Of a DNA stretch of 32,000 nt, positions 1-9,502 are shown piece after piece. Position numbers and translations under genes: made by a program. This stretch comes from Xylella taiwanensis (GTDB lineage Bacteria > Pseudomonadota > Gammaproteobacteria > Xanthomonadales > Xanthomonadaceae): positions 960,001 to 992,000 of the forward strand of contig NZ_CP053627.1 in the NCBI RefSeq assembly GCF_013177435.1, written 5' to 3'. Each line of letters opens with the position of its first letter. Position 1 is the stretch's first letter. The notes under the pieces were generated by a model, which saw only the letters and a program-made list of their open reading frames with translations, was not told where the DNA came from and did not search any database.

Positions 1-679
1 GGCTGGTGGTTCTGAGCGTGCTTCTTCGCCAACTTCGATGGGTGGTTTTTGTGCGATGAAGGCGATGTCTACCCGTAACAACGATCCAACTCGTGCTTCG
101 CGGCCGTGGGACAAGGATCGCGATGGCTTTGTGCTTGGCGACGGTGCTGGCATTCTGGTGCTAGAAGAGTATGAGTATGCTAAAGCGCGAGGTGCACGCA
201 TCTATGCTGAACTGGCTGGTTTCGGTGCCAGTTCCGATGCCTACCATATGACGATGCCGGTCGAGGATGGTGAAGGTGCGGCGCGCTGTATGCGTTTAGC
301 GATGAAGGATGCGAAGGTTACCCCGGAGCAGGTTGGCTATCTCAATGCACATGGCACCTCGACTCCTTTGGGGGATCTGGGTGAAACCAAGGCGATCAAG
401 GCGGTACTGGGTAACGATGCCTACAGAGTGATGATCAGTTCGACCAAATCAATGACCGGGCATCTGCTCGGTGCGGCCGGTGGCGTGGAAGCAATCTTCT
501 CAGTGATGGCGTTGCATACAGGCATCATTCCGCCGACGATCAATCTGGAGCATCCAGACGAAGGCTGTGACCTTGACTACGTGCCTCATGTGGCGCGTGA
601 GGCCAAGTGTGACGTAGTAATTTCAAACGGTTTTGGTTTCGGTGGTACTAATGGCACGTTAGTGTTCAAGCGTATCTAA
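1..679 (+). CDS. fabF: 3-oxoacyl-ACP synthase II (KAS II), C-terminal part; the 5' end lies outside the window
   Basis: The frame is open from nt 2. The translation (..[71 protein letters not shown]) aligns along its whole length with the C-terminal half of E. coli FabF as I remember it. Confidence 0.93.
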   Translation, partial: AGGSERASSPTSMGGFCAMKAMSTRNNDPTRASRPWDKDRDGFVLGDGAGILVLEEYEYAKARGARIYAELAGFGASSDAYHMTMPVEDGEGAARCMRLAMKDAKVTPEQVGYLNAHGTSTPLGDLGETKAIKAVLGNDAYRVMISSTKSMTGHLLGAAGGVEAIFSVMALHTGIIPPTINLEHPDEGCDLDYVPHVAREAKCDVVISNGFGFGGTNGTLVFKRI

Positions 680-894
680 TATTTGTCTCCGTGCCTTGCC
701 AAGTGGGGAGGGGAGCATCCCTGAGTGATGCGCCTCTTAATAGGGTGTGCTGGGGTGTTTGTCTATACTTGTTCTGGGGACGTTCCAGCGGCATTCCTCC
801 AATGGCATTGTGCGTTGTCATGTTCCGATGAAAGCAGGGAGACCTAAAATGCCTTCCCTATTCTTCGTGAATGATCTAAATCCAGCCTAGACCG

Positions 895-2253
895 ATGACG
901 TTAACTCGATTCCTGCGTACCGATCCTGATTTGTTGTCCGTGCACCGACTGGCACCAGAACGCTATCCGGCGCTGTTTGAGTCTACTGCTTCTGGTACTC
1001 AGCAGAGTCGCTGGGATTTGTTGTTGCATACTGATGGTCGTTTCTTGCGTTTGGATTCAGATTATGTGACCCGCGATGCTCAAGGCAGAGCAATGTCTGG
1101 TGACTTTTTACAGGCACTGGATTCAGCTTGGAGAGCTGAGCCAGCGTCGCGTGATACTCGTGTGGATGTGCCGCCATTTCGTGGTGGTTGGGCGTTACTG
1201 CTGGACTATGAACTGGCTGGACAGATTGAACCGGTGTTGGCACTGCCGCCGCGTACCGATGGCTTGCCCATGGCGTTAGCGTTGCGTTGTCCGGCAGCGG
1301 TATTACGTGACCGCTGCAGCGGTATTTGTTTGGTTGTCGTTGAGTTGGGGAGTGAACATTTACTGGACGTGATCGAGGCGGATTTGGCTGCTGTTGCGTT
1401 GCTGCCGCCATTGCCGGCTTGGCGATCACCAATGGCAGTGACCGAGGATGAACCGTCACACTTTATTGCCAATGCAGATCGAGTGCTGGATTATCTTCGT
1501 GCGGGCGACGTGTTCCAGGCGAATATCTCACGTCTTTGGGAGGCTCGCTTTGCCACTGCACTTGATCCGGCAGCGTTGTACATGCAGTTGCGTGCCGCCA
1601 ATCCTGCGCCGTTCTCTGGATTGTTCGTGGCTCATGGCCGGGCCGTGGTGAGTTCCTCACCAGAGCGGTTGATCTCGGTGCAGGGCGAGCGCATTCAGAC
1701 TCGTCCGATTGCTGGTACCCGGCCACGCTTTGTTGGCGATGACGATGCTGCGCGCATCCGCGAACTGGTGAACCACCCTAAGGAGCGTGCTGAGCACGTG
1801 ATGTTGATTGACTTGGAGCGCAATGATTTAGGGAAGGTGTGTGTGCCTGGTACGGTTGAGGTTGATGAGTTGATGACGGTAGAAAGTTATGCGCATGTGC
1901 ATCATATCGTTAGCAATGTGCGTGGATGGTTGCGTATCGGGAGGACCCCAGGCGAGATCATTCGCGCCGTGTTTCCGGGCGGGACCATCACTGGTTGTCC
2001 GAAGGTACGCTGCATGCAAATCATTGCTCAACTCGAACAGGTTGCCCGCCGTGCGTACACAGGCGCGTTTGGATGGCTGAATCGCGATGGTGATTTGGAT
2101 CTGAACATTTTGATCCGCACAGCAGAGGTTGACGACGTTACTGTACGGTTCCGCACCGGTGCTGGCATCGTGATCAATTCATTGCCTGAGCGTGAACTGG
2201 ATGAGACCCGTGCTAAGGCGATTGGCTTATTGCGTGCGCTGCATATGATCTGA
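895..2253 (+). CDS. pabB: Aminodeoxychorismate synthase component I (chorismate-binding enzyme family)
   Basis: 452-aa ORF with an ATG start. It carries chorismate-utilising enzyme motifs (SPERLISV, RPIAGTRPR, KERAEHVMLIDLERNDLG, FPGGTITGCPK, YTGAFGW). Its position between fabF and mltG, the pab slot of the conserved cluster, favours PabB over TrpE. Confidence 0.8.
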   Translation: MTLTRFLRTDPDLLSVHRLAPERYPALFESTASGTQQSRWDLLLHTDGRFLRLDSDYVTRDAQGRAMSGDFLQALDSAWRAEPASRDTRVDVPPFRGGWALLLDYELAGQIEPVLALPPRTDGLPMALALRCPAAVLRDRCSGICLVVVELGSEHLLDVIEADLAAVALLPPLPAWRSPMAVTEDEPSHFIANADRVLDYLRAGDVFQANISRLWEARFATALDPAALYMQLRAANPAPFSGLFVAHGRAVVSSSPERLISVQGERIQTRPIAGTRPRFVGDDDAARIRELVNHPKERAEHVMLIDLERNDLGKVCVPGTVEVDELMTVESYAHVHHIVSNVRGWLRIGRTPGEIIRAVFPGGTITGCPKVRCMQIIAQLEQVARRAYTGAFGWLNRDGDLDLNILIRTAEVDDVTVRFRTGAGIVINSLPERELDETRAKAIGLLRALHMI

Positions 2254-2315
2254 ACGTTAGTTTGGGGTGATGGTGGTACGCGCGTTATGCTGTTTGGCCT
2301 TGAAGGCTTGACGAG

Positions 2316-3413
2316 GTGGACCTGGTGGGACGCAAACGCGGATGTCTGGTCGTGCTAGTGGTGCCGATGATGTTTGTGTTGATCGTGCTACTGGGACTCA
2401 CTGCAGAGCCGGATTTAAAGCATTATGTGCCGGGCTGGAAGTATTATCAGCATTATCAACGTTTTGCGCAGACTCCGCTCAACGCGAGCGCACCCAACGT
2501 GGAAATCACACGTGGCGATTCTCTGCATGCAGTCTTGCTTAAGTTACGTGGGGCTGGGGTCCAGAGTGGTACCAACTTGGAGTGGCAACTGTTGGCCTAT
2601 CAAGTAGGCGCTGCCGGTAATCTGAAAGTTGGTGAGTACTCTTTGGTGCCAGCGGTTTCTCCACGCGATTTGTTACAACGTATGCGTCAGGGCAAGGGAG
2701 CGCATTACCGCTTCACGATCGTTGAGGGTTGGAACATTCGTCAGTTGCGAGCTGCATTGCGCCAAGCCAGCCCGTTGGCGCACGTTGCGGCCACGCTGGA
2801 TGATGCGACATTAATGGCTCAATTGGGTTTCCCAGGTGAACATCCGGAAGGTCGTTTTTTGCCTGAGACCTATTTATATCAGCGGGGAGATAGCGACTTG
2901 GACGTTTTGCGTCGTGCCCATGCCGCGATGCAAAAGGCGCTTGCCGAGACATGGGCGGAGCGTGATCCGGAGCTGGGGTTGCATACATCTGAGGAGGCGC
3001 TCATTCTTGCTTCGATCGTGGAGAAAGAAAGCGCGTTGTCCGCTGAGCGGCCGAAGATTGCTGGGGTGTTTCTCCACCGACTTGCTCGGGGAATGAGATT
3101 ACAGGCTGATTCGACGGTGATCTATGGTCTAGGTAGCGTCTACGACGGTAATATTCGCAAGCGTGATTTGAGAACCGCTACCCCATATAACACTTACGTC
3201 CACACTGGATTGACGCCGACCCCAATCTCAATGCCTGGGCGTGATGCCCTGCGGGCGGTGACGCGTCCAGCCCTGGGAGATGCACTCTATTTTGTTGCAA
3301 TTGGCGATGGGAGTGGTGCACATACTTTTTCGTCGTCACTGAAGCAGCATAACGCGGCGGTGGCGCGTTACTTACAACGGCTTCGCGAAGGCACTGCGAA
3401 GCAGCGGCAATGA
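2316..3413 (+). CDS. mltG: Endolytic murein transglycosylase MltG (YceG family)
   Basis: 365-aa ORF with a GTG start as listed. It has an N-terminal membrane anchor (LVVLVVPMMFVLIVLLGL) followed by a YceG domain with the catalytic-Glu context ASIVEKESA and YNTY..GLTPTPI. The exact start codon is uncertain. Confidence 0.85.
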   Translation: MDLVGRKRGCLVVLVVPMMFVLIVLLGLTAEPDLKHYVPGWKYYQHYQRFAQTPLNASAPNVEITRGDSLHAVLLKLRGAGVQSGTNLEWQLLAYQVGAAGNLKVGEYSLVPAVSPRDLLQRMRQGKGAHYRFTIVEGWNIRQLRAALRQASPLAHVAATLDDATLMAQLGFPGEHPEGRFLPETYLYQRGDSDLDVLRRAHAAMQKALAETWAERDPELGLHTSEEALILASIVEKESALSAERPKIAGVFLHRLARGMRLQADSTVIYGLGSVYDGNIRKRDLRTATPYNTYVHTGLTPTPISMPGRDALRAVTRPALGDALYFVAIGDGSGAHTFSSSLKQHNAAVARYLQRLREGTAKQRQ

Positions 3414-3414
3414 A

Positions 3415-4404
3415 TTGTGTGGATTGCTTAGGAAACGATGGATGATCCCGGCTTTTTCCCCCTGGCAGCAGCGTGCTTACGACAAGATGGTAGCCGCATT
3501 GGATGCTGGTCAGCTTGGACATGGCTTGTTGCTGTGTGGTCCTGAAGGATTGGGGCAACGTACAGTTGCGCTTGCTTTGGCTGACGCTGTCCTCGGCAAG
3601 GGACTGACTGCAGCAGCACGTGAGCGTTGCCGTCAATTGATTGCTGCCGATACCCATCCTGATCTCCAACTGGTCTCGTTTATTCCGACTAAGGCGGGAG
3701 ACAAGCTGCGTACCGAGATCGTGATCGAGCAGGTGCGTGAGCTCTCTGAGAAGCTGGCGTTGACTCCGCAGTACGGTCAAGTTCAAGTGGTGATCATCGA
3801 TCCGGCTGATGCGATCAACCCTGCTGCTTGTAATGCGTTGCTTAAGACGCTTGAAGAGCCGGCCTCGGGGTGCTATCTGTGGTTGATCAGTGCGCAGCCG
3901 GTACGGCTGCCAGTGACGATTCGCAGCCGTTGCCAGCGTTTAGAGTTCAAATTACCGCCACAGCACGAAGCGTTGGCCTGGCTGGTTGCACAGGGCATCA
4001 CTGAGGGGGTTGCCTTGGAAGCACTGGATGCGGCACGCGGCCATCCTGGTTTGGCCATGCAGTGGTTGCGCGATGAGGGGATGACGTTGCGCCGCGCGGT
4101 TGCTACCGGGTTGGAGATGGTGGCTAGTGGCAAAATGGGTGTGGTCGAGTTGGCGCAGCAGTGGGTTGCTGACGACAAGGCCGCACAGCGTTTGCACCAC
4201 GCGGCTGATCTGGCCTTAACGCAGGCTGCGGCTGTCTTGACCGATCCATCACGTTTGCACAAGCTGGCGATGTGGTTCGATGCAGCGAACCGTACCCGCG
4301 ATCTGCTGCGTACCACAGTCCGCGCTGATCTGGCGGTGATTGAACTTCTGTTGGCTTGGCGCACTGGGTGGGAGTGCCAAGCAGAATGTAAGGAGCATGA
4401 ATGA
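3415..4404 (+). CDS. holB: DNA polymerase III delta-prime subunit
   Basis: Shows a degenerate P-loop (LLLCGPEGLGQ), NALLKTLEEP, and the SRC motif TIRSRCQRLEF. The listed ORF starts at TTG 3415, but the ATG at 3442 (MIPAFSPWQQ) is the more likely start. The stop overlaps the pilZ ATG (ATGA at 4401-4404). Confidence 0.88.
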   Translation: MCGLLRKRWMIPAFSPWQQRAYDKMVAALDAGQLGHGLLLCGPEGLGQRTVALALADAVLGKGLTAAARERCRQLIAADTHPDLQLVSFIPTKAGDKLRTEIVIEQVRELSEKLALTPQYGQVQVVIIDPADAINPAACNALLKTLEEPASGCYLWLISAQPVRLPVTIRSRCQRLEFKLPPQHEALAWLVAQGITEGVALEALDAARGHPGLAMQWLRDEGMTLRRAVATGLEMVASGKMGVVELAQQWVADDKAAQRLHHAADLALTQAAAVLTDPSRLHKLAMWFDAANRTRDLLRTTVRADLAVIELLLAWRTGWECQAECKEHE

Positions 4405-4754
4405 GTGCAACAAGTCCGCGTCAGGGTATTCTGTCGCTGACCCTGAAAGACAGGGCGGCGCTATACAGTGCCTATATGATGTATATGAAAAACGGGGCGA
4501 TCTTCGTCCCTACGCCCAAGCGTTATTTCCTTGGGAACGAAGTGTTTTTGTTGCTGACCCTGCCTGATTCTAGCGAGCGTTTACCGGTGGCTGGTAAAGT
4601 GGTGTGGTGTACTCCAGTTGGGGCGCAAGGTAATCGCGTAGCGGGCATCGGGGTGCAACTGCCTGATGGTCAGGCAGGGAACATGGTGCGCAACCGCATC
4701 GAAACTTTGCTTGCTGGCATGTTCAACTCGGATAAGTCGACACACACCATGTGA
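4401..4754 (+). CDS. pilZ: Type IV pilus-associated PilZ protein (non-canonical PilZ domain)
   Basis: 117-aa ORF translationally coupled to holB, the same holB-pilZ arrangement as in Pseudomonas and Xanthomonas. The sequence has the PilZ fold pattern (GILSLTLKD..YMMYMKNGAIFVPT..VFLLLTLP..VAGKVVW) but no RxxxR motif at the N-terminus. Confidence 0.8.
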   Translation: MSATSPRQGILSLTLKDRAALYSAYMMYMKNGAIFVPTPKRYFLGNEVFLLLTLPDSSERLPVAGKVVWCTPVGAQGNRVAGIGVQLPDGQAGNMVRNRIETLLAGMFNSDKSTHTM

Positions 4755-4766
4755 CTGTTACTGCGC

Positions 4767-4796
4767 TTGAGATGTATCCATTGGTTTATTTATAAT
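4767..4796 (+). promoter_or_regulatory. Sigma70-like promoter for tRNA-Val
   Basis: TTGAGA (4767-4772), an 18-nt spacer, then a perfect TATAAT (4791-4796). The -10 element ends 19 nt upstream of the mature tRNA 5' end at 4816. Confidence 0.5.
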
Positions 4797-4815
4797 CAGA
4801 AGTTTAGTGTCAAGT

Positions 4816-4890
4816 GGGCGGTTAGCTCAGCGGTAGAGCATTGCCTTCACACGGCAAGGGTCGCAGGTTCGATCCCTGCATCGCCCACCA
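4816..4890 (+). tRNA. tRNA-Val (anticodon CAC), CCA encoded
   Basis: Hand-folded cloverleaf. The acceptor stem is GGGCGGT/ATCGCCC (one G-U pair), the D arm GCTC/GAGC, and the anticodon stem TTGCC/GGCAA. The anticodon loop is TT-CAC-AC, and the T arm is GCAGG-TTCGATC-CCTGC. The discriminator is A, followed by CCA. Confidence 0.92.
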
Positions 4891-4893
4891 AAT

Positions 4894-4924
4894 GAGGCTC
4901 GTAAGTAGGAAGAGAGCCTTTTTG
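4894..4924 (+). terminator. Rho-independent terminator after tRNA-Val
   Basis: Stem GAGGCTC (4894-4900) pairs with GAGCCTT (4914-4920). The loop is 13 nt and a T-run follows through 4923. Confidence 0.7.
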
Positions 4925-6169
4925 TTAAGTGCATTGCACACTAATACGGCTGTTATCGCGTTGGTGGTGATGCGGCTTTTTTAGGCATTTTCGGTGTGGA
5001 ACCGTAGCAGGCAAGTATTCAAGTTCGCTACGTTGCAAAGTGCGCTATTCCTGAGCACGTGATGCGTTGATGTCTTTGCGGTCCGCTTGATGGCAACTTG
5101 ATATAAGTTGGCAGTTATAGGCTGTGTTTGGGGCAGCCGATCATGCTGTAAGTCTTAATTCTAGGGGCCATATGGATTCTGCTAGGTCTCGGCTTCACGT
5201 GTGGAGATGAGTTTGCCTACTGGTTAATCTGTCGGCTGATTTTTATTCTCTATGTCGTTATGCCGTTTGGATTTTGGCAGCTGCATTTGTTGTTTGTATC
5301 TTTAATGTGTTGACGTACAAAGCACAATTCTGGTGCGTGGTAAGGCACCGATGGTGTGTCCTGGATGGCTTGAGAGCCTCACATTCAGCAGCGGCATCCA
5401 ACGTTGATTGCTCGGTGGTGCAATCCAGATGGCTTGCAAAGTCCTTAAGCAGCCAGACTCTTTAATCAGGTGTGACTTTACCTAAGTAGGACACTGAATG
5501 AGTGGGGTAACGCAGGCAAACGGATTAAACGCTGGACCATTCGGTACATCTCGTTGTGTTTTCCGAAGCGGTTGGTGATTGCCATGCTTGCAACGGCTGA
5601 ATCGCCGATGTTAAGGATTTTTAGCGCGGTGGGCGTGAGCAATGCCTTGAGGCGGGATCCTAACCCGACTGATACCGTTTTATCAGCACTGGCTCATAGT
5701 GATGGTGTCACCTGACAGGTGCTCATTGGCTGCTGATCGGTGATGCATAGGTGTTGGCTCCTGGTGTTGTGTGAGTGCCTGATTGGCCTTGTTACATACA
5801 TCGGGCATACACGTTGCTGAGTTGCAGGTTTGTACTTGAACAGACCTGAATATGCCGAAGCCGACAGAGAAGAAATATAGAACGATGGATTGGTCAGCGG
5901 ATAACACAGCACTCAAACTCAGAGGCTCACAGAGTTTCTCTGGCGAGACAGGCAGATCACATAGTTGTCCAGTAGTGGCGGCAAACATGGTGTCCTACGT
6001 AGCCGGTGCTCTGTTGTCATCGCTGGTTGCATTCTGTGATGACAGTGAAGGCCCTCGTTGGCATCGAAGGTTCGGAACCCGTGTCCGGAGGATATTTCCA
6101 GTTGAAACGTGACCCCCATGCGGATTGAACGAGCAAGGTTGTTTCAGCATGGTGATGCGTGCGAACGGT

Positions 6170-6847
6170 TCATCTCCCCTGTGGATTAAGCACGGTGGCT
6201 AATGCGGCCGAATGCATCCCTGGAGTATGTGGTAGGTGCCCCCAATATGGTATTGGCAGGCGTTGGCGTAGCATCACCAGGTTCTCCTCAATACGTACCA
6301 TGTGTGGGTCGATGGTGTTAGCGATCCAGCCGATGCAGCGCAGCCCGTCAGCCATGATCGCCGCTGTGCTCAGGCGCGCGTGGTTCAGGCACCCTAGACG
6401 CAGGCCGACGACCAGTACGACGGGTATATCCAGGGCGCGCACCAAGGTGGCTTGATCGAGTGTGGCGTTCAGCGGTGTGGCCCAGCCGCCCACTCCCTCG
6501 ACGACGACCACATCGGCCTGTGCGCGTAACTGGGTGAATGCAGTGCGCAGCGGTTCCAGCGCCAGAGTGATCCCAGCTTCGGTCGCGGCGATTTCAGGCG
6601 CCACTGGTGCCGGGAGTGCGTAGGGATTAATCAGATCGTAGGGTGGCGTCGGATCGCTGGCGCCTTGCAGTGCCAGTGCATCCGCGTTGCGCCAGCCTGT
6701 GGTGCTATAGGTGCAGCCACTGGCGACAGGCTTCATGCCAACCGCGCGTTGGCCACGTGTGCGCAGTGTATGCAGCAGGGTACAACTGACGAATGTTTTT
6801 CCGATACCAGTATCAGTACCGGTGACATAGATGGCGGACAGGGACAT
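6170..6847 (-). CDS. bioD: Dethiobiotin synthetase
   Basis: 225-aa ORF. The N-terminal P-loop YVTGTDTGIGKTFVS, GMKPVASG, and VVVEGVGGW match the BioD family. It stands alone, with no other bio genes beside it. Confidence 0.88.
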   Translation of the reverse strand: MSLSAIYVTGTDTGIGKTFVSCTLLHTLRTRGQRAVGMKPVASGCTYSTTGWRNADALALQGASDPTPPYDLINPYALPAPVAPEIAATEAGITLALEPLRTAFTQLRAQADVVVVEGVGGWATPLNATLDQATLVRALDIPVVLVVGLRLGCLNHARLSTAAIMADGLRCIGWIANTIDPHMVRIEENLVMLRQRLPIPYWGHLPHTPGMHSAALATVLNPQGR

Positions 6848-7067
6848 GAGGTGTGCTGAGTGAAATGGGAAAGCATCTCAGCATATCCGCAGTGACTGGC
6901 TGTGGCTTAAAGCACAGCTTTGGCCGAGCAACATGTACTGTCACCGACGCTATCAAAACCAGCAGGGATCTGGTCGTGGGGTATTCGAAATGGTCGGTGA
7001 ACTTGATACAGCAGATCAACGGCGATACATGGAAACGGCTTAACGTGGCTGAAAACATTCTGCGAGG

Positions 7068-7079
7068 TAGTTACAACAC
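7068..7079. repeat. Left terminal inverted repeat of the IS relic (TAGTTACAACAC)
   Basis: Exact reverse complement of 7914-7925 (GTGTTGTAACTA). The outermost TA could equally be a TA target duplication. Confidence 0.7.
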
Positions 7080-7913
7080 GCTGGAGGTGGCATGAACCAG
7101 GGTGTGTCGATCCTGGGTTTGAAACGGATACCAAACGGAGGCCTGCTCATACGATTGCCAGCCATCCCGCAATTGGAGCGGAGCAGATGCAGGCGATGAG
7201 CATGATATCGAGTCTCTCGCATCTGGAGCAGCTGGGGTCATCACCCTTAAGTCTTTGCAATAGGCGTTCGACCTCATGACGGCGTTTATGCATCTTGCGA
7301 TCCTATGCCCAAGGTACGATGCGCGTGCACAGCAGCGGCACGGCGGGATCAACTCCACGTCACGTGCCGGCGGGCGGACTTGCTCGCCTGCATCGGCGCG
7401 GTTCATGAGCACGTGCAACAGGTGATTCTGTAGCCAAAACCGCTGAGCAACAGCAACTTACTACTTTCCAACACATCGTGTGCTTGTCCAAGCGCTAGAG
7501 AGCAGGTAATAGCGCGCGCATGTCCGCCGTGAGGAGGTGATGCTTGGTGTTCCACCCATCATGCAATGTGCCGCTAGCCCGATGGACTGTTTGAGGAGGT
7601 GTGCCGGTGTCGTCCGGATGCATCTTCAGACTGATACTCTTTAGCGACACAGTCTGGATCTCGATCTACATGACTTGCACGTGCTGGAGTGGCTCGAAGG
7701 CTCGATCTAGGATGCCAGGCGATGCTCATTGATTCATGCGTGTGTAGATCGTTTGTCAGTGGTCGCAGCGCTTAGGCAAGTCACACCATTGGTATTGAGG
7801 AGTCGATGTGCTTCCAAGGCGGGGTACTGAGATTTTTACAGTGCGATATCACTACTTTTCTTGGCGCGTAACATCAAAGGCCAAAGCATATTTTGAGCTG
7901 CTTAAAAACTAAA

Positions 7914-7925
7914 GTGTTGTAACTA
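7914..7925. repeat. Right terminal inverted repeat of the IS relic (GTGTTGTAACTA)
   Basis: Exact reverse complement of 7068-7079. It lies just beyond the N-terminal end of the transposase remnant. Confidence 0.7.
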
Positions 7926-8555
7926 GTGTCTATATTTTTGGTGATGACCTCGGCGATTAGACAGTGAAAGATAGGTGGGAAGCTGCTGAACCTGTTGCAT
8001 CATGTCTTCGGCGTCCATCCTGCATCGGAACATTGTGCTGCCATTAGCAACCGTGTTTCTTCCTGAAAATTTTTAGCTCAGCCAGTTCCACCGCCATGCG
8101 GTGAGTCCAATCCCTAACCTGAAATGTTGAGCCATTGTGTTTCTAATAGGTTCTGTCGGTTTGGGATGGCTGAATAAAACGCCCAAAAGCACAGACCCTC
8201 ACGACTATGAGAGATGTGTGCCAGTCTAGCCGTATTGCCTTGTCGTGATGTTGATGTGCTCAGATGCAGCTTGAGATGCGCCGCTGCGTTTTTTGCTGAG
8301 CTTTCTTGAGACCTGTGTTTGTATGTGCTGCGACTGCTCTTATCTGCTGTATCGTTAGCGCCACATGGGTGGGTGTGTAGCTATCTCGACGGAGCGCAAA
8401 GAACAGTCCCTGGTTGTAGCGTTGGGACCCCTCTACACAGCGTTGCGTGCCGAAGCCACACAGGCCAGTTTGGATGCTGTCTGGCACGGGGAATAAGAGG
8501 GGAGGTGATTGCTTGCATACAAACCTTAGCCGGCTCGCAGAGGAGGTATGTCTGC

Positions 8556-9383
8556 TCAGCGTTTCGGATCAAACTCACGCGCGTAGCCGCTGTTTACGAT
8601 GACTTTTTGCAGGGCATGAGCCACTTTGATATTGCCTGCGACCAAGTGGCAGCTCTCCGGGCCTTTGTCATCCATGCGGGGTGCATCGGCGCCCTTGAAG
8701 TCACACACGTAACCTCCGGCTTCGCGTACCAATAGCATCCCCGCAGCGACGTCCCAAACCTTCACCCCAGCCTCGAAGTAGGCGTCTGTGCGGCCGCACG
8801 CGACGTAGGCCAAGTCCAGTGCGGCCGAACCAGTGCGACGGATGTCTTCAGCCTGCATCAGCAATGCATCCACGCATTTCAGTTGTGCATTGGCACGGCT
8901 GCGTTCACGTGGCGAGAAGCCAGTGTTCAGGATTGTGCCGTTCAGGTCCTTACGGTTCGCTACGCGGATGCGGCGTTCATTGAGTACGGCGCCAGCACCG
9001 CGGCTGGCGGTGAACAGTTCGTTGCGCAGTGGGTCGAAGATGACGGCGTCTGTAGGTTCACCGTTCTCGACCAATGCAATCGATACGCAGTAATGCGGGA
9101 AGCCACGCAAGTAGTTGCTCGTACCGTCCAGCGGATCAATCACCCACATGATCCGGCCATTCCCTTGTAACCCGCCTTCCTCGCCAAGGAGGCCGTACTC
9201 CGGATAAGCGCGCTTGAGTTCCTTGACAATGACCTTTTCGGCCATCGCATCCACGTCGCTGGCATAGTCCATGAGGGTTTTCTGTACGACTTGCAGCGTT
9301 TCCAGCTTATTAATGTGCCTCAATAAGACGTTGCCGGCGGAACGGGCGGCTTTGACCATGATGTTGACGGCGGGTTTCTGCAT
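8556..9383 (-). CDS. suhB: Inositol monophosphatase family protein SuhB
   Basis: 275 aa counted from the ATG at 9383 ([20 protein letters not shown]). IMPase motifs are present: [19 protein letters not shown], and [20 protein letters not shown]. The listed 414-aa ORF is an upstream read-through extension. The gene is divergent from trmJ, as in enterobacteria. Confidence 0.9.
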   Translation of the reverse strand: MQKPAVNIMVKAARSAGNVLLRHINKLETLQVVQKTLMDYASDVDAMAEKVIVKELKRAYPEYGLLGEEGGLQGNGRIMWVIDPLDGTSNYLRGFPHYCVSIALVENGEPTDAVIFDPLRNELFTASRGAGAVLNERRIRVANRKDLNGTILNTGFSPRERSRANAQLKCVDALLMQAEDIRRTGSAALDLAYVACGRTDAYFEAGVKVWDVAAGMLLVREAGGYVCDFKGADAPRMDDKGPESCHLVAGNIKVAHALQKVIVNSGYAREFDPKR

Positions 9384-9502
9384 GCCTAGAGGCTCTCGTG
9401 AAGTCCAGAAGCACGGACGGTTGAAAAAGGGTGAGAACAATGCAGTGCGTTGCCAGTTGCTGAGTTTACCATGCAGGGTTGATCTTCTTTGGTGTATTGC
9501 TG

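Larger units (their letters stand above)
7068..7925 (-). mobile_element. Degenerate IS5-family insertion sequence (DUF4096 + DDE transposase type); transposase is a pseudogene
   Basis: Minus-strand translation, checked codon by codon: LSSSKYALAFDVTRQEK**YRTV..PQYQWCDLPKRCDH*QTIYTRMNQ*ASPGILDRAFEPLQHVQVM*IEIQTVSLKSISLKMHPDD..DGWNTKHHLLTADMRALLPA. After a frameshift near 7500 it continues SLALGQAHDVLESSKLLLLSG. A clean C-terminal frame reads HKRRHEVERLLQRLKG..RCERLDIMLIACICSAPIAGWLAIV*, with its stop at 7146-7148. This pattern matches IS5-family transposases. The element is bounded by a perfect 12-bp inverted repeat. Confidence 0.75.

Noticed and set aside
5283-5405. Patchy similarity between 5283-5405 and 17714-17835, seen as FWCVVRHRWCVLDG versus FWCVAEHDCCVIDG in the spurious ORFs 5274-5465 and 17706-18185. 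This hints at a dispersed repeat.
   Set aside because: By hand alignment, identity is only about 60 percent over short patches, with indels and G/T-rich composition. I cannot distinguish it from chance without a proper alignment or genome-wide repeat search.
8014-8028. TCCATCCTGCATCGG resembles the 3' end of tRNA-Val (TCGATCCCTGCATCGC). It could be an attR-like direct repeat bounding an island from 4890 to 8028.
   Set aside because: Only 13 of 16 positions match, with one gap. The putative island would contain the housekeeping gene bioD. No integrase remnant was found. It is compatible with chance.
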